Shown: positions 19,241-29,024, counted from the first letter of the stretch. The stretch is DNA of 64,000 nt from Polyangiales bacterium (GCA_038231275.1 JBBRLQ010000011.1:128001-192000), one strand, 5' to 3'. Translations and numbers: made by a program. Notes: generated from the letters alone by a model not told the origin.

Positions 19241-20596
19241 GTGACCGTTCGAGAGATCCCGGCCCCGCCCGACGTGTTCGCGCTCGCGCGCCGCGTGGCG
19301 GATCGTCCCGGCCTCGCCGTCCTCGCGAGCGATCGCCGCGGCGCGCTTCGTGACGAGGACGCGCGCTTCGGGTTCGTTGCCTGCGATCCTGTCGACGTCA
19401 GCGACGCGTGGGTCCCCGAGGTCGGCTCGCCGGACGCGCTCGGATGGGCGGGCTTCCCGAGCGCGCCGCGATGGATCGGCGCGATCCCGTACGAGGCGGG
19501 ACGCGGCCTCGAGCGCGCGGCGTGGCGTCCCGCAGAGACGCGCCCAGCGCCGCCGATGGTTCGGCCGCGATGGCACCGGTATGACGCGGTCGCGCGCGTC
19601 GACGCATTGACCGGCGCGGTCGCGATCGAGGCCGACTCGTCCTCGGCGGCCGATCGTCTCGCGCGCCAGCTCGCGCGGTCGCCTACGCGCGCGTCCGTGC
19701 CGTCGCTCCACGTCGAACGCGAAGACGACGCACAGACCGGCGCCGCACACGTCGCGCGCGTGCGCGAGATCCTGCGCCTCATCGGTGAAGGGGATGTCTA
19801 CCAGGTGAACCTCGCGCGCTGCGTCGCGCTGCGGGCCGTCGGTGCGCCGCTCGACGTCTTCGCGTTTCTCTTTAGAGGTGCACCTTCTCCTTACGGCTTC
19901 TTTGTAGATTTCGGCGAGCTCTCGGTCTGCGGAACCAGTCCGGAGCTCGCCCTCGAGGTCCGCGGCGATTGTCTACGGACCGCGCCGATCAAGGGGACCC
20001 GCCCGCGCGGCGCCGACGCCGAGCCCGACGCTTCGCTCGCGCGCGAGCTCGATCGCGATCCGAAGGAGCGCGCCGAGCTCACCATGGCGATCGACCTTCA
20101 TCGCAACGATCTCGGCAAGGTCGCGACGTTGGGATCGGTCCGTCTCCTCGCCGCGCCGCGCGTGATGGGCGGCGCGACGGTGTGGAGCCGCGTCGCCGAG
20201 ATCGTCGCGCGTCGTGCTCCTGGCACGTCCCTCGACACGATCGCGCGCGCGATGATCCCGTGCGGGAGCGTCACCGGCGCGCCGAAGATCCGCGCCATGG
20301 AAATCATCGCGACCCTCGAGCCCTTCCGACGCGGTCTCTACACCGGAACCTGCGGCTACGTCGGACGCGACGGCGCGCTCGTCCTCGCGATGGCGATCCG
20401 CACGCTCGAGATCGAGACCGGCGGCCGCGCGCGCTATTGCACGGGCGGCGGCATCGTCGAGGGCAGCGATCCGCGGCGCGAGCTGGAAGAGACGCGCTGG
20501 AAGGCCGCGCAGCTCGACCGCCTCATCGCGGGAAGCCCCAAAGACGGTGCGAAAGTTGGCCGAGGGGTGGAGGTGGGAGTAGCGGTCGAGGGGTAG
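19241..20596 (+). CDS. pabB: Chorismate-binding enzyme, aminodeoxychorismate synthase component I / anthranilate synthase I family
   Basis: GDVYQVNL, TSPEL, PIKGTRPRG, KERAELTM, PCGSVTGAPKIRAM, GGGIV. Confidence 0.82.
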   Translation: MTVREIPAPPDVFALARRVADRPGLAVLASDRRGALRDEDARFGFVACDPVDVSDAWVPEVGSPDALGWAGFPSAPRWIGAIPYEAGRGLERAAWRPAETRPAPPMVRPRWHRYDAVARVDALTGAVAIEADSSSAADRLARQLARSPTRASVPSLHVEREDDAQTGAAHVARVREILRLIGEGDVYQVNLARCVALRAVGAPLDVFAFLFRGAPSPYGFFVDFGELSVCGTSPELALEVRGDCLRTAPIKGTRPRGADAEPDASLARELDRDPKERAELTMAIDLHRNDLGKVATLGSVRLLAAPRVMGGATVWSRVAEIVARRAPGTSLDTIARAMIPCGSVTGAPKIRAMEIIATLEPFRRGLYTGTCGYVGRDGALVLAMAIRTLEIETGGRARYCTGGGIVEGSDPRRELEETRWKAAQLDRLIAGSPKDGAKVGRGVEVGVAVEG

Positions 20597-20606
20597 GAGC
20601 CAGTGG

Positions 20607-21449
20607 ATGATGGACCAAGGCGCAGTCCGGAACCTCGAGCAGATCCAGGAGACCGACGAACAACCGCGGACGCCGCGCATCGTGAGCGTCGCGCTCGTGG
20701 TGCTCTGTGGCGCGTGCGTGACGTTCGGCGCGCTCGCGTTGAAGGGGCGCACCGCGGCGCCGCAGACGACGAAGGTCGATCCCCTCGGCGACCTCGTCGC
20801 CGCGCACAAAGGGGCCGCCGCCGGCGCTGCCGCGAAGGCGACCGATCTGCAGCCGAAGGACGTGACCTTCCCAGCAATGCTCAGCGACGATCAATCGCCG
20901 ACCACGGCGCTCGCCGCCGTCAAGGGTGGGCAGAAGCCCAACGCGCAAGCGCCGATGATCTCGCCGCAGATCGCCGCCGCCATGCCGCCGTCGACGCCCG
21001 ACACGGTGTCGATCGGTCAGGTCGTCGTGCCGCCGCCGCCTCCCACCGATCGACTGCCCGTCGTCCCGCTCCCCGCGCAGAACGTCCTCGAGGCGTCGCC
21101 GATCGTCACGCGTCCGCGCGACTCGCTCACGCGCGCCGCGACCGATCAGGGACAGATCACCACCGCGGCGGCTCCGTCGGCGCCGTCCGGCCACGAGGGC
21201 GGCTACCAGCTCCAGGTGAGCTCGTTCCGCACGCAGGCCGAGGCGAACCAGTTTGCCGATCAGCTCCGCGCGCGCAGCCACAAGGCGTACGTCGTCGAGG
21301 CGCACGTCGCGGGTCGCGGCACATGGTACCGCGTGCGCGTCGGTCCGTTCGCGTCGAAGCAGGCCGCCGCCGCGTACCGCTCCTCCTTCGAAACGCGCGA
21401 GCACGTCGTACCTTTTATCGTCCTGCCGCACGGCGAGACCGAGCACTGA
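20607..21449 (+). CDS. SPOR-domain membrane protein (FtsN/DedD-like)
   Basis: N-terminal TM segment, Pro-rich linker, C-terminal YQLQVSSF...WYRVRVGPF. Confidence 0.85.
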   Translation: MMDQGAVRNLEQIQETDEQPRTPRIVSVALVVLCGACVTFGALALKGRTAAPQTTKVDPLGDLVAAHKGAAAGAAAKATDLQPKDVTFPAMLSDDQSPTTALAAVKGGQKPNAQAPMISPQIAAAMPPSTPDTVSIGQVVVPPPPPTDRLPVVPLPAQNVLEASPIVTRPRDSLTRAATDQGQITTAAAPSAPSGHEGGYQLQVSSFRTQAEANQFADQLRARSHKAYVVEAHVAGRGTWYRVRVGPFASKQAAAAYRSSFETREHVVPFIVLPHGETEH

Positions 21450-21764
21450 CGCCACCACGTCCACGCCGCCACCTCGGCGCGGGTCCCACGGATGGGGTCC
21501 TTGGCGGAGGCAGCGTGAGCCCGTCGGAGCTCGACGCGCTCGAGCCATTCGTTCGATCGCCATGAGACGCACGCCCTGATCGCGATGTCGCGGGCGTCGC
21601 CCGTCGCACCTCTGCGCACGTTCGAGAAGTGCCGTTGGAATCGTCAAGGATCTGGCGCACGACTCGCCGCGTCGCGCGCGCTCATTGCGAGAATTTTGCG
21701 ACGTGCTGCAGCAATCGTGCGGCTCTGCTCGCGCGCGCGCGGCCGATGTGGCAAATATTAAGCA

Positions 21765-21935
21765 ATGCTCGATTCGATCCGGAACGTGCTTCCGTTGTGG
21801 GCCGCCGCGCTCGTCCTTGCTGCCGCCGCGCCGTGGCTCGTGCGCGCCTTTGCCGATGCGATGGAGCGCCGTGTTCGACATCGAGCCGTGCGCATCGTGG
21901 CAGGCGCGACCGCGCGCCGAAGGCCGCGCCCTTGA
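21765..21935 (+). CDS. Putative 56-aa membrane peptide (not in the ORF track)
   Basis: ATG 21765 to TGA 21935: MLDSIRNVLPLWAAALVLAAAAPWLVRAFADAMERRVRHRAVRIVAGATARRRPRP; one hydrophobic helix then a basic tail; AT-rich box just upstream. Confidence 0.5.
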   Translation: MLDSIRNVLPLWAAALVLAAAAPWLVRAFADAMERRVRHRAVRIVAGATARRRPRP

Positions 21936-22097
21936 TGCTGCCGCGCGCAGCCCTATTGGTATGGACGGTGCACTGATCCGGTGAGGGCGGCACCCCGCCC
22001 GCGAAGGACATGCGAGAAGGTACGACCGACCTTCACGCAAAAGTAGCTCCCCCGAGCGTCGCGTACGTAGTCTCTCAAGGAGAGCGAGAAGGACCAC

Positions 22098-22958
22098 ATG
22101 GCACGTCTATTCGGGCTCATTGGCAACCGGGCGGACCTCGCGGGTCGCGTGCTCGGATCCGAGGCGGAGGCGCTCCGCGTGCGGACGCGCCCGGGCACGC
22201 AGCTCGGCTGGGGCGTCGGCTTTTACCAAGGAGGCGAGGTGCTCATGCGCCGCCGCCCGATCGACGGGGACGAGGTCGACGTCGCCAAGATCGCCACCGA
22301 CGTCCGCGCCGACGTGCTCATCGGTCACGTTCGCTCCGCCACAGTCGGCACGCTGCGCACCGAGAACACGCACCCGTTCCGCTCGCGCCAGTGGCTCTTC
22401 GCGCAGACCGGCACCGTCTCCGAGTTCGACGCCGTCCGCGATCGCCTCGTGCAGAGCGTCCCCGAGTTCTTGCGCGGCGGCATCCGCGGCGAGACCGACA
22501 GCGAGATCTTCTTCCACGTGTTCCTCTCGTTCCTCCACGACGCCGGTCGCCTGAACGACATCGTCGTCGAGCCGCCGGTCATCATCGAGGCGCTGCGCTC
22601 GTCGCTCGCCGTCGTCGACGGCATGAGCGCGGAGGTCGGTGGCAAGGCGAGCGAGGTGAACATCCTCGTCACCAACGGCGACACGATCGTGTGCCTCCAC
22701 CGCGGTCGGCCGATGGCGTACCGCCTCTTCAGCGGCAAGGGCGACGCCGAGCAGATCATCGGCGACGACGCGCAGCTGCGCCGCAAGACCCCTGAGCTGT
22801 CGCAGATGCACTTCGTGCTCGTGGCGAGCGACTTCGACAACGAGACGACGAGCGGATCGATGCGCGCGGAGGCACAGCCGACGCGGTGGAAGAACGTGGG
22901 CGATCGTTCGATCGTGATCCTGGCGCGTGGTACGGATCCGCAAATCGAAGCGCTCTGA
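22098..22958 (+). CDS. Class II (Ntn) glutamine amidotransferase-like protein (YafJ/EgtC family), catalytic Cys absent
   Basis: MARLFG (vs MCRLFG), GWGVG, HVRSAT, ENTHPF, GETDSE; AGAAGGA RBS fixes the start. Confidence 0.85.
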   Translation: MARLFGLIGNRADLAGRVLGSEAEALRVRTRPGTQLGWGVGFYQGGEVLMRRRPIDGDEVDVAKIATDVRADVLIGHVRSATVGTLRTENTHPFRSRQWLFAQTGTVSEFDAVRDRLVQSVPEFLRGGIRGETDSEIFFHVFLSFLHDAGRLNDIVVEPPVIIEALRSSLAVVDGMSAEVGGKASEVNILVTNGDTIVCLHRGRPMAYRLFSGKGDAEQIIGDDAQLRRKTPELSQMHFVLVASDFDNETTSGSMRAEAQPTRWKNVGDRSIVILARGTDPQIEAL

Positions 22959-23583
22959 GGCGTTCGCGCTCTGCGTGATCGCCGCGATCTGTGGGGGCAG
23001 CCTCGTCGCGTGCCCCGCGCCGGCGCCGCCGCCCGAGTCGCCGGTGGACGTGCCTCCCGCGGTGCGTCACCCCGACGGCGTCCTGATCGAGCCGCCCGCG
23101 CCGCTCCCCACCGCCGCCGATCGCGCAGAGGCCCGGGGCGTCGTCGCGCTCCGTGAACCGCTCCCCGACGAGGCGGTGCAGTCGGTGGTCACGCAGTTTC
23201 TCCGCGGGTGGACGACGGAGAGCCTCGACGCGCTGGACCAGCTCCTCACGGTCGACGCCGTGTCCCTCGACGCCGCGCACCACACGCGCGCGCAGCTCCG
23301 TGAGGCGTGGCGCACGCGGATGCAGAACCTCGACTTCAAGCGCCTCGCCGGAGTGCAGGTTGCGCGCCTGGATCGCATCGAGCGCTTCGAGTTCGCCGAC
23401 CTCGGAATCCCCGGCGCGCCGCCGCGTCCGACGGAGATGCGCCACGGCGACGTGCTCGTGCGCGTCCCCATCGCGACGCCGCGCGTGGGCGCGGAGCAGC
23501 TCTTCCCTGACGTGCTGGTGCTGCTTTTGCGACGGGAGGAGTCGCGGTATCGAGTCGCGGGCGTCGGCGAAAACGGAACTTAG
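22927..23583 (+). CDS. Lipoprotein, hypothetical
   Basis: Lipobox SLVAC then Pro-rich linker; overlaps upstream gene. Confidence 0.65.
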   Translation: MVRIRKSKRSEAFALCVIAAICGGSLVACPAPAPPPESPVDVPPAVRHPDGVLIEPPAPLPTAADRAEARGVVALREPLPDEAVQSVVTQFLRGWTTESLDALDQLLTVDAVSLDAAHHTRAQLREAWRTRMQNLDFKRLAGVQVARLDRIERFEFADLGIPGAPPRPTEMRHGDVLVRVPIATPRVGAEQLFPDVLVLLLRREESRYRVAGVGENGT

Positions 23584-23975
23584 GTGCGCGCGACGTCGCG
23601 CCGTGAGCCGATGCGCCAGCGAAAATACGACCACACGGCGTTGAATCCGCCGAAGACGAGCACGAGCGCCCAGCCGATGAGCGGCCCGCCCTCCAGCTGA
23701 GACCACAAGAGGCCGACCGTCGCGAACGCCGACCAGATGATCTTGAGGTTCAGCGTGGCGCGGAACGCATCCACACCCTCATTTCGTCCTAGGAGTGACT
23801 GGATTCCGATCCCGAAGAGCGCGGCCGCTACCAGCCGCGTCGCGAGCGGATCGACCGACGACCACCCGAGGAAGCCGAGAAACGCGCGCGGCGCGAAAAA
23901 GAGCGGCACGGCGAACGCGACGTCGGCGACGAAGTGAACGACGAACCAAGTCCTGAGCGCCTTCGGAGGTTGCAT
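23580..23975 (-). CDS. Four-TM small membrane protein
   Basis: Four hydrophobic segments in 131 aa. Confidence 0.7.
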   Translation of the reverse strand: MQPPKALRTWFVVHFVADVAFAVPLFFAPRAFLGFLGWSSVDPLATRLVAAALFGIGIQSLLGRNEGVDAFRATLNLKIIWSAFATVGLLWSQLEGGPLIGWALVLVFGGFNAVWSYFRWRIGSRRDVART

Positions 23976-24081
23976 ACGTAGGGCGCGCCTTTTGCCGCGA
24001 CGGTCCAGCCTACACCGCGGAGTCGCGATCGCGATCCCTGAACGCGACGCCACGGCTTGGCGCGGAGCAGCCGATTCTGGC

Positions 24082-24609
24082 TCAGCGAGCGCGGTGGGTC
24101 ACGTCGAGCAGCCCGTCGAAGGTGTCACGCATCGCCCACGCCTGATCGCTCGGCGAGCCGAGCTTCGACGCGCCGCTCTGGCCAGCGGCGAGCGCGCTCT
24201 TGGGACCTGCGCACGTGCTCGAGAGCTTCCTCCCCAGGTCCGACGCGGCGCCGTCGTACATGTGGTAGCAGCCCGCGAAGTCGCCGGTATTGTAGAGCGG
24301 CGCACCGACGTCGATCGCCCGGCCGATGTCGCCTTCGATGAGGCTCACATCGTCCGCGGAGCAGCCGGCGAGCACCGCGGTCGAGTGCTTCGGGACGTGT
24401 CGCTCGACCGGGGGAAGCGCCGCGCCGCGTGTCGGTCCTCCGTGAGTCGCGCGACGGACGCCGAAGAAAATTCCCACCACGAAGGCGACGGCGATCACCA
24501 GGAACGCGACGAGGCCCACGGCCATCAGTACCTTGAGCGCGGCGGGCATCCCCTGCTTCGGCGCGCCCTGCTGCGGAGGCGGGGAATTCGAAGAGCTCAC
24601 GTTTTCCAC
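24082..24609 (-). CDS. Membrane-anchored hypothetical protein
   Basis: N-terminal TM; soluble helical domain AIDVGAPLYNTGDFAGCYHMY...AWAMRDTFD. Confidence 0.7.
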   Translation of the reverse strand: MENVSSSNSPPPQQGAPKQGMPAALKVLMAVGLVAFLVIAVAFVVGIFFGVRRATHGGPTRGAALPPVERHVPKHSTAVLAGCSADDVSLIEGDIGRAIDVGAPLYNTGDFAGCYHMYDGAASDLGRKLSSTCAGPKSALAAGQSGASKLGSPSDQAWAMRDTFDGLLDVTHRAR

Positions 24610-24646
24610 CTCTCACGAAAGGACCCGCGCGTCTACGCTCGACCTC

Positions 24647-25351
24647 ATGACCGCGCCGCCGCTAGCGCCCACCGCCTACGAGCCCGTTCCTCTCGTGTTC
24701 GAACGCCTCACCCGCGCCCAGCAGCTCCAACGCTCGCGCGCGTTTCTCGATACGATGACGGCACGCCGTAGCTGCCGGTTCTTCCGCGACGAGGCCGTCG
24801 ACGAGGAGCTCATCGTCAACGCCATTCGCGCCGCCGGCAGCGCGCCGAGCGGCGCGAACCAACAGCCGTGGACCTTCGTCGTCGTAAGGGATGCCGAGAC
24901 CAAGGCGCACATCCGAGCCGCCGCCGAAGAGGAAGAGCGGGCCTTCTACGAGAGCGGTCCGGCGGAGTGGCGGAGGGCCCTCGCGCCGCTCGGCACCGAC
25001 GCCGTCAAATCGCACATCACCGACGCGCCATACGTCATCGTCGTCTTCGCGCAGACGTTCGGCCTCTTTCTCGACGCCGAGACCGGCGCGCACGTGAAGC
25101 AGAAGCATTACTACGTTCGCGAGTCGGTCGGCATCGCGTGCGGCCTCTTGATCGCGAGCCTCACGCACGCCGGCCTCGCGACCTTGCCGCACACGCCGAG
25201 CCCGATGGGTTTCCTCGCGTCCCTCCTAGGGCGCCCTGACAGCGAACGCGCCGAGCTGCTCTTGCCGGTCGGCCTTCCCGCGGAGGGCGCCACGGTGCCC
25301 AAGCATGCCCTCGCGAAGAAGAGCCTGGAGGAGATCCTCGTCTGGCGCTGA
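24647..25351 (+). CDS. Nitroreductase superfamily, iodotyrosine deiodinase (IYD)-like
   Basis: RRSCRFF, APSGANQQPWTF, EEERAFYE...W...LGT...K, YYVRESVGIACG, HTPSPMGFL. Confidence 0.85.
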   Translation: MTAPPLAPTAYEPVPLVFERLTRAQQLQRSRAFLDTMTARRSCRFFRDEAVDEELIVNAIRAAGSAPSGANQQPWTFVVVRDAETKAHIRAAAEEEERAFYESGPAEWRRALAPLGTDAVKSHITDAPYVIVVFAQTFGLFLDAETGAHVKQKHYYVRESVGIACGLLIASLTHAGLATLPHTPSPMGFLASLLGRPDSERAELLLPVGLPAEGATVPKHALAKKSLEEILVWR

Positions 25352-25360
25352 GTTGTTCGC

Positions 25361-26278
25361 CTAGAGGACGATCGTCCTCCGCCCTTCCACCAGCACGCGC
25401 CGCTCCAAATGCGCCCGTACTGCGCGCGCGAGGACGACGCGCTCGACGTCGCGGCCCACGCGCGTGAGCTCGTCGGGGCACATCGCGTGTGTCACGCGCG
25501 CCACGTCTTGCTCGATGATCGGGCCCTGATCGAGATCGCGCGTCGCGTAGTGCGCGGTCGCGCCGATGAGCTTCACGCCGCGATCGTGCGCCTGGTGGTA
25601 CGGCTTCGCCCCCTGGAACGCCGGCAAGAAGCCGTGGTGGATGTTGATGACCGGCGGCGCCTCGCGCAAGAACTCCTCACTGAGGATTTGCATGTATCGT
25701 GCAAGTACCACGAGGTCGACGTGGTGACGGCGTAAGAGCTCCACGACCTTGGTCTCCTGCTCGCGCTTCGTGGCGGCGGTGACGGGGAGCGCGAAGAAGG
25801 GAATGCGGAAGCTCTCCGCGACCGGCTCGAGCGTCGGGTGGTTGCTGACGATGAGCGGGATCTCGCAGCCCAGCTCGCCCTGGCGCTGGCGGAGGATCAG
25901 ATCGTAGAGGCACGCCGGATCTTTGGTGACGAGGAGCGCGACGCGCGGGACGACGTCGCTGTAGCCGACGGACCACGTGCCCGTGAGCTTCTTCACCACT
26001 CGCTCGGAGAAGGCGGCCTCCATCGTGCGGCGCGTCGCCGAGCCACCGAGTGCCGCGTCCGCGCGCGGCGAGCCGAGGCCGCCGAGATCGACGACGAGGC
26101 GCATGAAGAAGCGTGGGGCCGTGACGCCGTCGCTGCCGTGGGCGAGCGGATCGGTGTGGTTGCTCGCGTCGACGATGTTCAGGCCGAGCTCGAAGAAGAA
26201 CCCCGCGACCTGCGCGACGAGGCCTGGTTGATCGAGCGACGAGAAGAGGAACGTGGCGCGCGGCGCGTCGGTGGCCAT
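25361..26278 (-). CDS. purU: Formyltetrahydrofolate deformylase
   Basis: ACT-like N-terminus DQPGLVA; VVLARYMQIL, INIHHGFLPAFQGAKPYHQA, GATAHY, DQGPIIEQDV. Confidence 0.95.
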   Translation of the reverse strand: MATDAPRATFLFSSLDQPGLVAQVAGFFFELGLNIVDASNHTDPLAHGSDGVTAPRFFMRLVVDLGGLGSPRADAALGGSATRRTMEAAFSERVVKKLTGTWSVGYSDVVPRVALLVTKDPACLYDLILRQRQGELGCEIPLIVSNHPTLEPVAESFRIPFFALPVTAATKREQETKVVELLRRHHVDLVVLARYMQILSEEFLREAPPVINIHHGFLPAFQGAKPYHQAHDRGVKLIGATAHYATRDLDQGPIIEQDVARVTHAMCPDELTRVGRDVERVVLARAVRAHLERRVLVEGRRTIVL

Positions 26279-26313
26279 CGCGCCAGACTACCAGCGCGTA
26301 GTGCGAAGGACGC

Positions 26314-27789
26314 TCAGTCTTGCCGGTAGTCCTCGAGGTTGATGCCGTATTTCTTCAGCCAGCGGTGCACCTGCATGCGCTCTTTCCCTAGCTCGCGTCC
26401 GACCGCGGCGACGTTGCCGCGGTGGCGCGCGAGCATCTCGCGCAGCTCGGGCTCGGTCGGCGCGGCGCGGCGCGGCGCCATCGGCGGGGCGAAGACATTG
26501 ACGGGCTCGGGCGGCAGGACGCTCGGACCGGAGACGCGGTTTCGCTGGCCGTACGTCTTCATGTGCTCGGCGATCGCGTCGGGCAGCTGCTGCGTGTCGA
26601 GCGGCGCGTTCTCTGTCAGGGCGACGCCGCGCTTGATGCAGCTCTCGAGCTCGCGCACGTTGTACGGCCAGTCGTAGTGCAAGAGCGCGACGAGGAACGA
26701 GAAGGTGAAGCCGAGCTGCGGGCTCCCGTACCGCGCCGAGAACGCACGAGCGAGCTGGTAGATGTCCTCTTTGCGCTCGCGGAGGGGAGGCAGGCGCACG
26801 ACGTGCTCGTTGAGGCGCGCGAAGAGATCGCCGCGGAATTTGCTCTCCTTCACGTACTGGTGGAGGTCGCGGTGGGTCGCGCAGATGACGCGGATGTCGA
26901 CGCGCTCCGGCGTCGTCGCGCCGAGCGGGAAGACCTCGCGCGCCTGGAGCACGCGCAGGAGCTTGGCCTGCGCCTCGAGCGGCATGTCGCCGATCTCGTC
27001 GAGGAAGAGCGTGCCGCCGTCGGCGAGCTTGATGAGGCCGGGCTTGTCGCGGTCGGCACCGCTGAACGCGCCGCGCCGGAACCCGAAGAGCTCGCTCTCG
27101 AGGAGGTTCGGCGGGATGGCCGCGCAGTTGATCGCTTGGAACGATCCGCGCCGAGCCGATACGCGATGCAGCCCCTTCGCAGCGACCTCTTTGCCGGTGC
27201 CGGTCTCGCCGAGGATGACGCACGACAGCTCCGTCGGCGCGATGCGCTCGAGATCGGCGGCGATCGAGTCCATCTGCGCGCCGCCCACCAGCTCGGCGAG
27301 GGCGCGGGCCCTTCGCGCGTCGGCGACGAAGCCGTCGATGCGGTACGGCACGAAGCGCTCGGCGCCGGTCTCGATGAACTTGAAGATGGCGTCGCCGATC
27401 CGGATCTCGTGCCCGTGGACGAGATCGATCTCCGTCACGAACTGCCCGTCGACCATCGTGCCGTTGCGGCTCCCGAGATCGGTGAGCACCCAGCGCCCGG
27501 ACGTGTACGCGATTCGCGCGTGCTGGCGGCTCACCGCCTGCTCGGGGACGCACACGGGGTTGGTCGGCTCGCGACCGATGATCAGCTCCGGCGCCGCGAA
27601 GACGTAGGTGGTCTGGAAGTTCTCGAAATTCGGGGCATACAAGAGGACGAGGCCGGGCTTCGACGGGGCCTGGGGGCTGCCCATCGAGGCTTCACGGGGC
27701 TTGTCCTCGGCCCCTGTGTACGAGGAGGAGACCCCCGTCCGGTGCTTCGTCATCGCGTACAGCGAGCTTACAGCATTCTGCACGGGCAT
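26314..27789 (-). CDS. FHA-domain sigma54-dependent enhancer-binding protein
   Basis: FHA (IGR, SRQHA, GSRNGT), GETGTGKE, ESELFG, GAFSGA, FLDEIG, WPYNVREL, Fis-type HTH; exact start uncertain (27789 or 27753). Confidence 0.92.
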   Translation of the reverse strand: MPVQNAVSSLYAMTKHRTGVSSSYTGAEDKPREASMGSPQAPSKPGLVLLYAPNFENFQTTYVFAAPELIIGREPTNPVCVPEQAVSRQHARIAYTSGRWVLTDLGSRNGTMVDGQFVTEIDLVHGHEIRIGDAIFKFIETGAERFVPYRIDGFVADARRARALAELVGGAQMDSIAADLERIAPTELSCVILGETGTGKEVAAKGLHRVSARRGSFQAINCAAIPPNLLESELFGFRRGAFSGADRDKPGLIKLADGGTLFLDEIGDMPLEAQAKLLRVLQAREVFPLGATTPERVDIRVICATHRDLHQYVKESKFRGDLFARLNEHVVRLPPLRERKEDIYQLARAFSARYGSPQLGFTFSFLVALLHYDWPYNVRELESCIKRGVALTENAPLDTQQLPDAIAEHMKTYGQRNRVSGPSVLPPEPVNVFAPPMAPRRAAPTEPELREMLARHRGNVAAVGRELGKERMQVHRWLKKYGINLEDYRQD

Positions 27790-27793
27790 GGGA

Positions 27794-28417
27794 TCAGCGA
27801 TAGCGGGAGACGTCGACGCCGACGCGCGCGCAGATGGCTTCGAGAGTGCGATCGGTCGCGGCGCGGAGATCGTCGAGCGATCCGGTGTTGTCGATGACGA
27901 AGTCGGCGAGCATCACCTTCGCGTCGAGCGGCATCTGCGCGCGGATGCGTGCGCGCGCTTCGTCCTCGGTCGCCGCGTCGCGCGCCGCGGTCCGCGCGAT
28001 TTGGACGGCCTCGGGTGCGCTCACGACGACGAGCGGTCGGAACGCGTCTGCGACACCGTTCTCGACGAGCAGCGCGGCCTCGTAGCACCCGAGCGGCTCG
28101 CCTTTCTGACGAAGCTCCTCGGCGCGCGTGAGCGTCAGGGCGGTGATGCGGGGGTGAAGGATCGCGTTCAGGCGCTTTCGTTGCGCGTCGTCGCCGAAGA
28201 CGCGCGCGGCGACGGCCTTGCGATCGAGCGTGCCGTCGGGGAGCACGACGTCGGAGCCGAACGCGCGGGCGACCTCCGCGAGCCCTTCCGTGCCGGGCGC
28301 CACGACTTCGCGCGCGAGCTGATCCGCGTCGATGACGGGGACTCCGCGCTCGCGGAGGCGGGCGGCGACGGCGCTCTTGCCGGATGCGATGCCGCCGGTG
28401 AGGCCGAAGAGGTGCAC
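27794..28417 (-). CDS. coaE: Dephospho-CoA kinase
   Basis: FGLTGGIASGKS, IDADQLAREVV, LNAILHP, RIRAQMP, VIDNTG; TATGCT 6 nt before GTG. Confidence 0.95.
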   Translation of the reverse strand: MHLFGLTGGIASGKSAVAARLRERGVPVIDADQLAREVVAPGTEGLAEVARAFGSDVVLPDGTLDRKAVAARVFGDDAQRKRLNAILHPRITALTLTRAEELRQKGEPLGCYEAALLVENGVADAFRPLVVVSAPEAVQIARTAARDAATEDEARARIRAQMPLDAKVMLADFVIDNTGSLDDLRAATDRTLEAICARVGVDVSRYR

Positions 28418-28450
28418 GGGGGGAGCATACACCGGGGTCGGGCATGGGCA

Positions 28451-28466
28451 CGGCACGGGAGATGCT
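28451..28466 (+). promoter_or_regulatory. Candidate sigma54 promoter
   Basis: CGGCAC-GGGAG-ATGCT (GG-N10-GC), followed by GGAGG RBS and ATG 28490. Confidence 0.55.
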
Positions 28467-28489
28467 CTGGGAGGGGTGGAGGTTCGGTC

Positions 28490-29011
28490 ATGAGCGAGAG
28501 GCACACCATCCGTTGCTACGAGTACGTCACCCATCCGTACGAGGAGGTTCGTGACGCGCTCCGCCGCGATCCGGCGGCCTTCTTCCAGCGCGCGACGACC
28601 GAGGCCGCGAGCCGGGCGAAGGGGCTCGTGTTGAGCTTGCGCGTGCGTGTCGGCAGCGTCGACATCGGGTCCGACGCCGTGGTCGTGGTGAGATCGGTCG
28701 TGGAGGAGCTCTCCGCACCGGGAATTCACGGGCCGCGCACGAGTTTGGCGATCGCATGGCAAGCCGCGCAGAACCCCTCTCTCTTCCCGGCGATGGAAGC
28801 CGAGCTGTCGGTGTACGCGCTCGGGAAGGACGAGACGCAGATCGATTTTTGCGGGACCTACACCCCGCCGCTTGGGCTCCTCGGCGACGCCGTGGACGTC
28901 GTCGTCGGCCATCGCATCGCCGAGGCCTCCGTGCACCGCTTCGTCGAGGACGTCGCCGCGAACGTTCGCCAGGAGCTGGCCGCGAGGCGCAAAGGCCGCG
29001 CGTCGGCGTAA
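28490..29011 (+). CDS. Hypothetical protein, SRPBCC/START-like fold suspected
   Basis: GGAGG RBS; LFPAMEAEL...GTYTPPLGLLG...HRIAEASV pattern. Confidence 0.7.
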   Translation: MSERHTIRCYEYVTHPYEEVRDALRRDPAAFFQRATTEAASRAKGLVLSLRVRVGSVDIGSDAVVVVRSVVEELSAPGIHGPRTSLAIAWQAAQNPSLFPAMEAELSVYALGKDETQIDFCGTYTPPLGLLGDAVDVVVGHRIAEASVHRFVEDVAANVRQELAARRKGRASA

Positions 29012-29024
29012 GGCTTGCGCCTGC

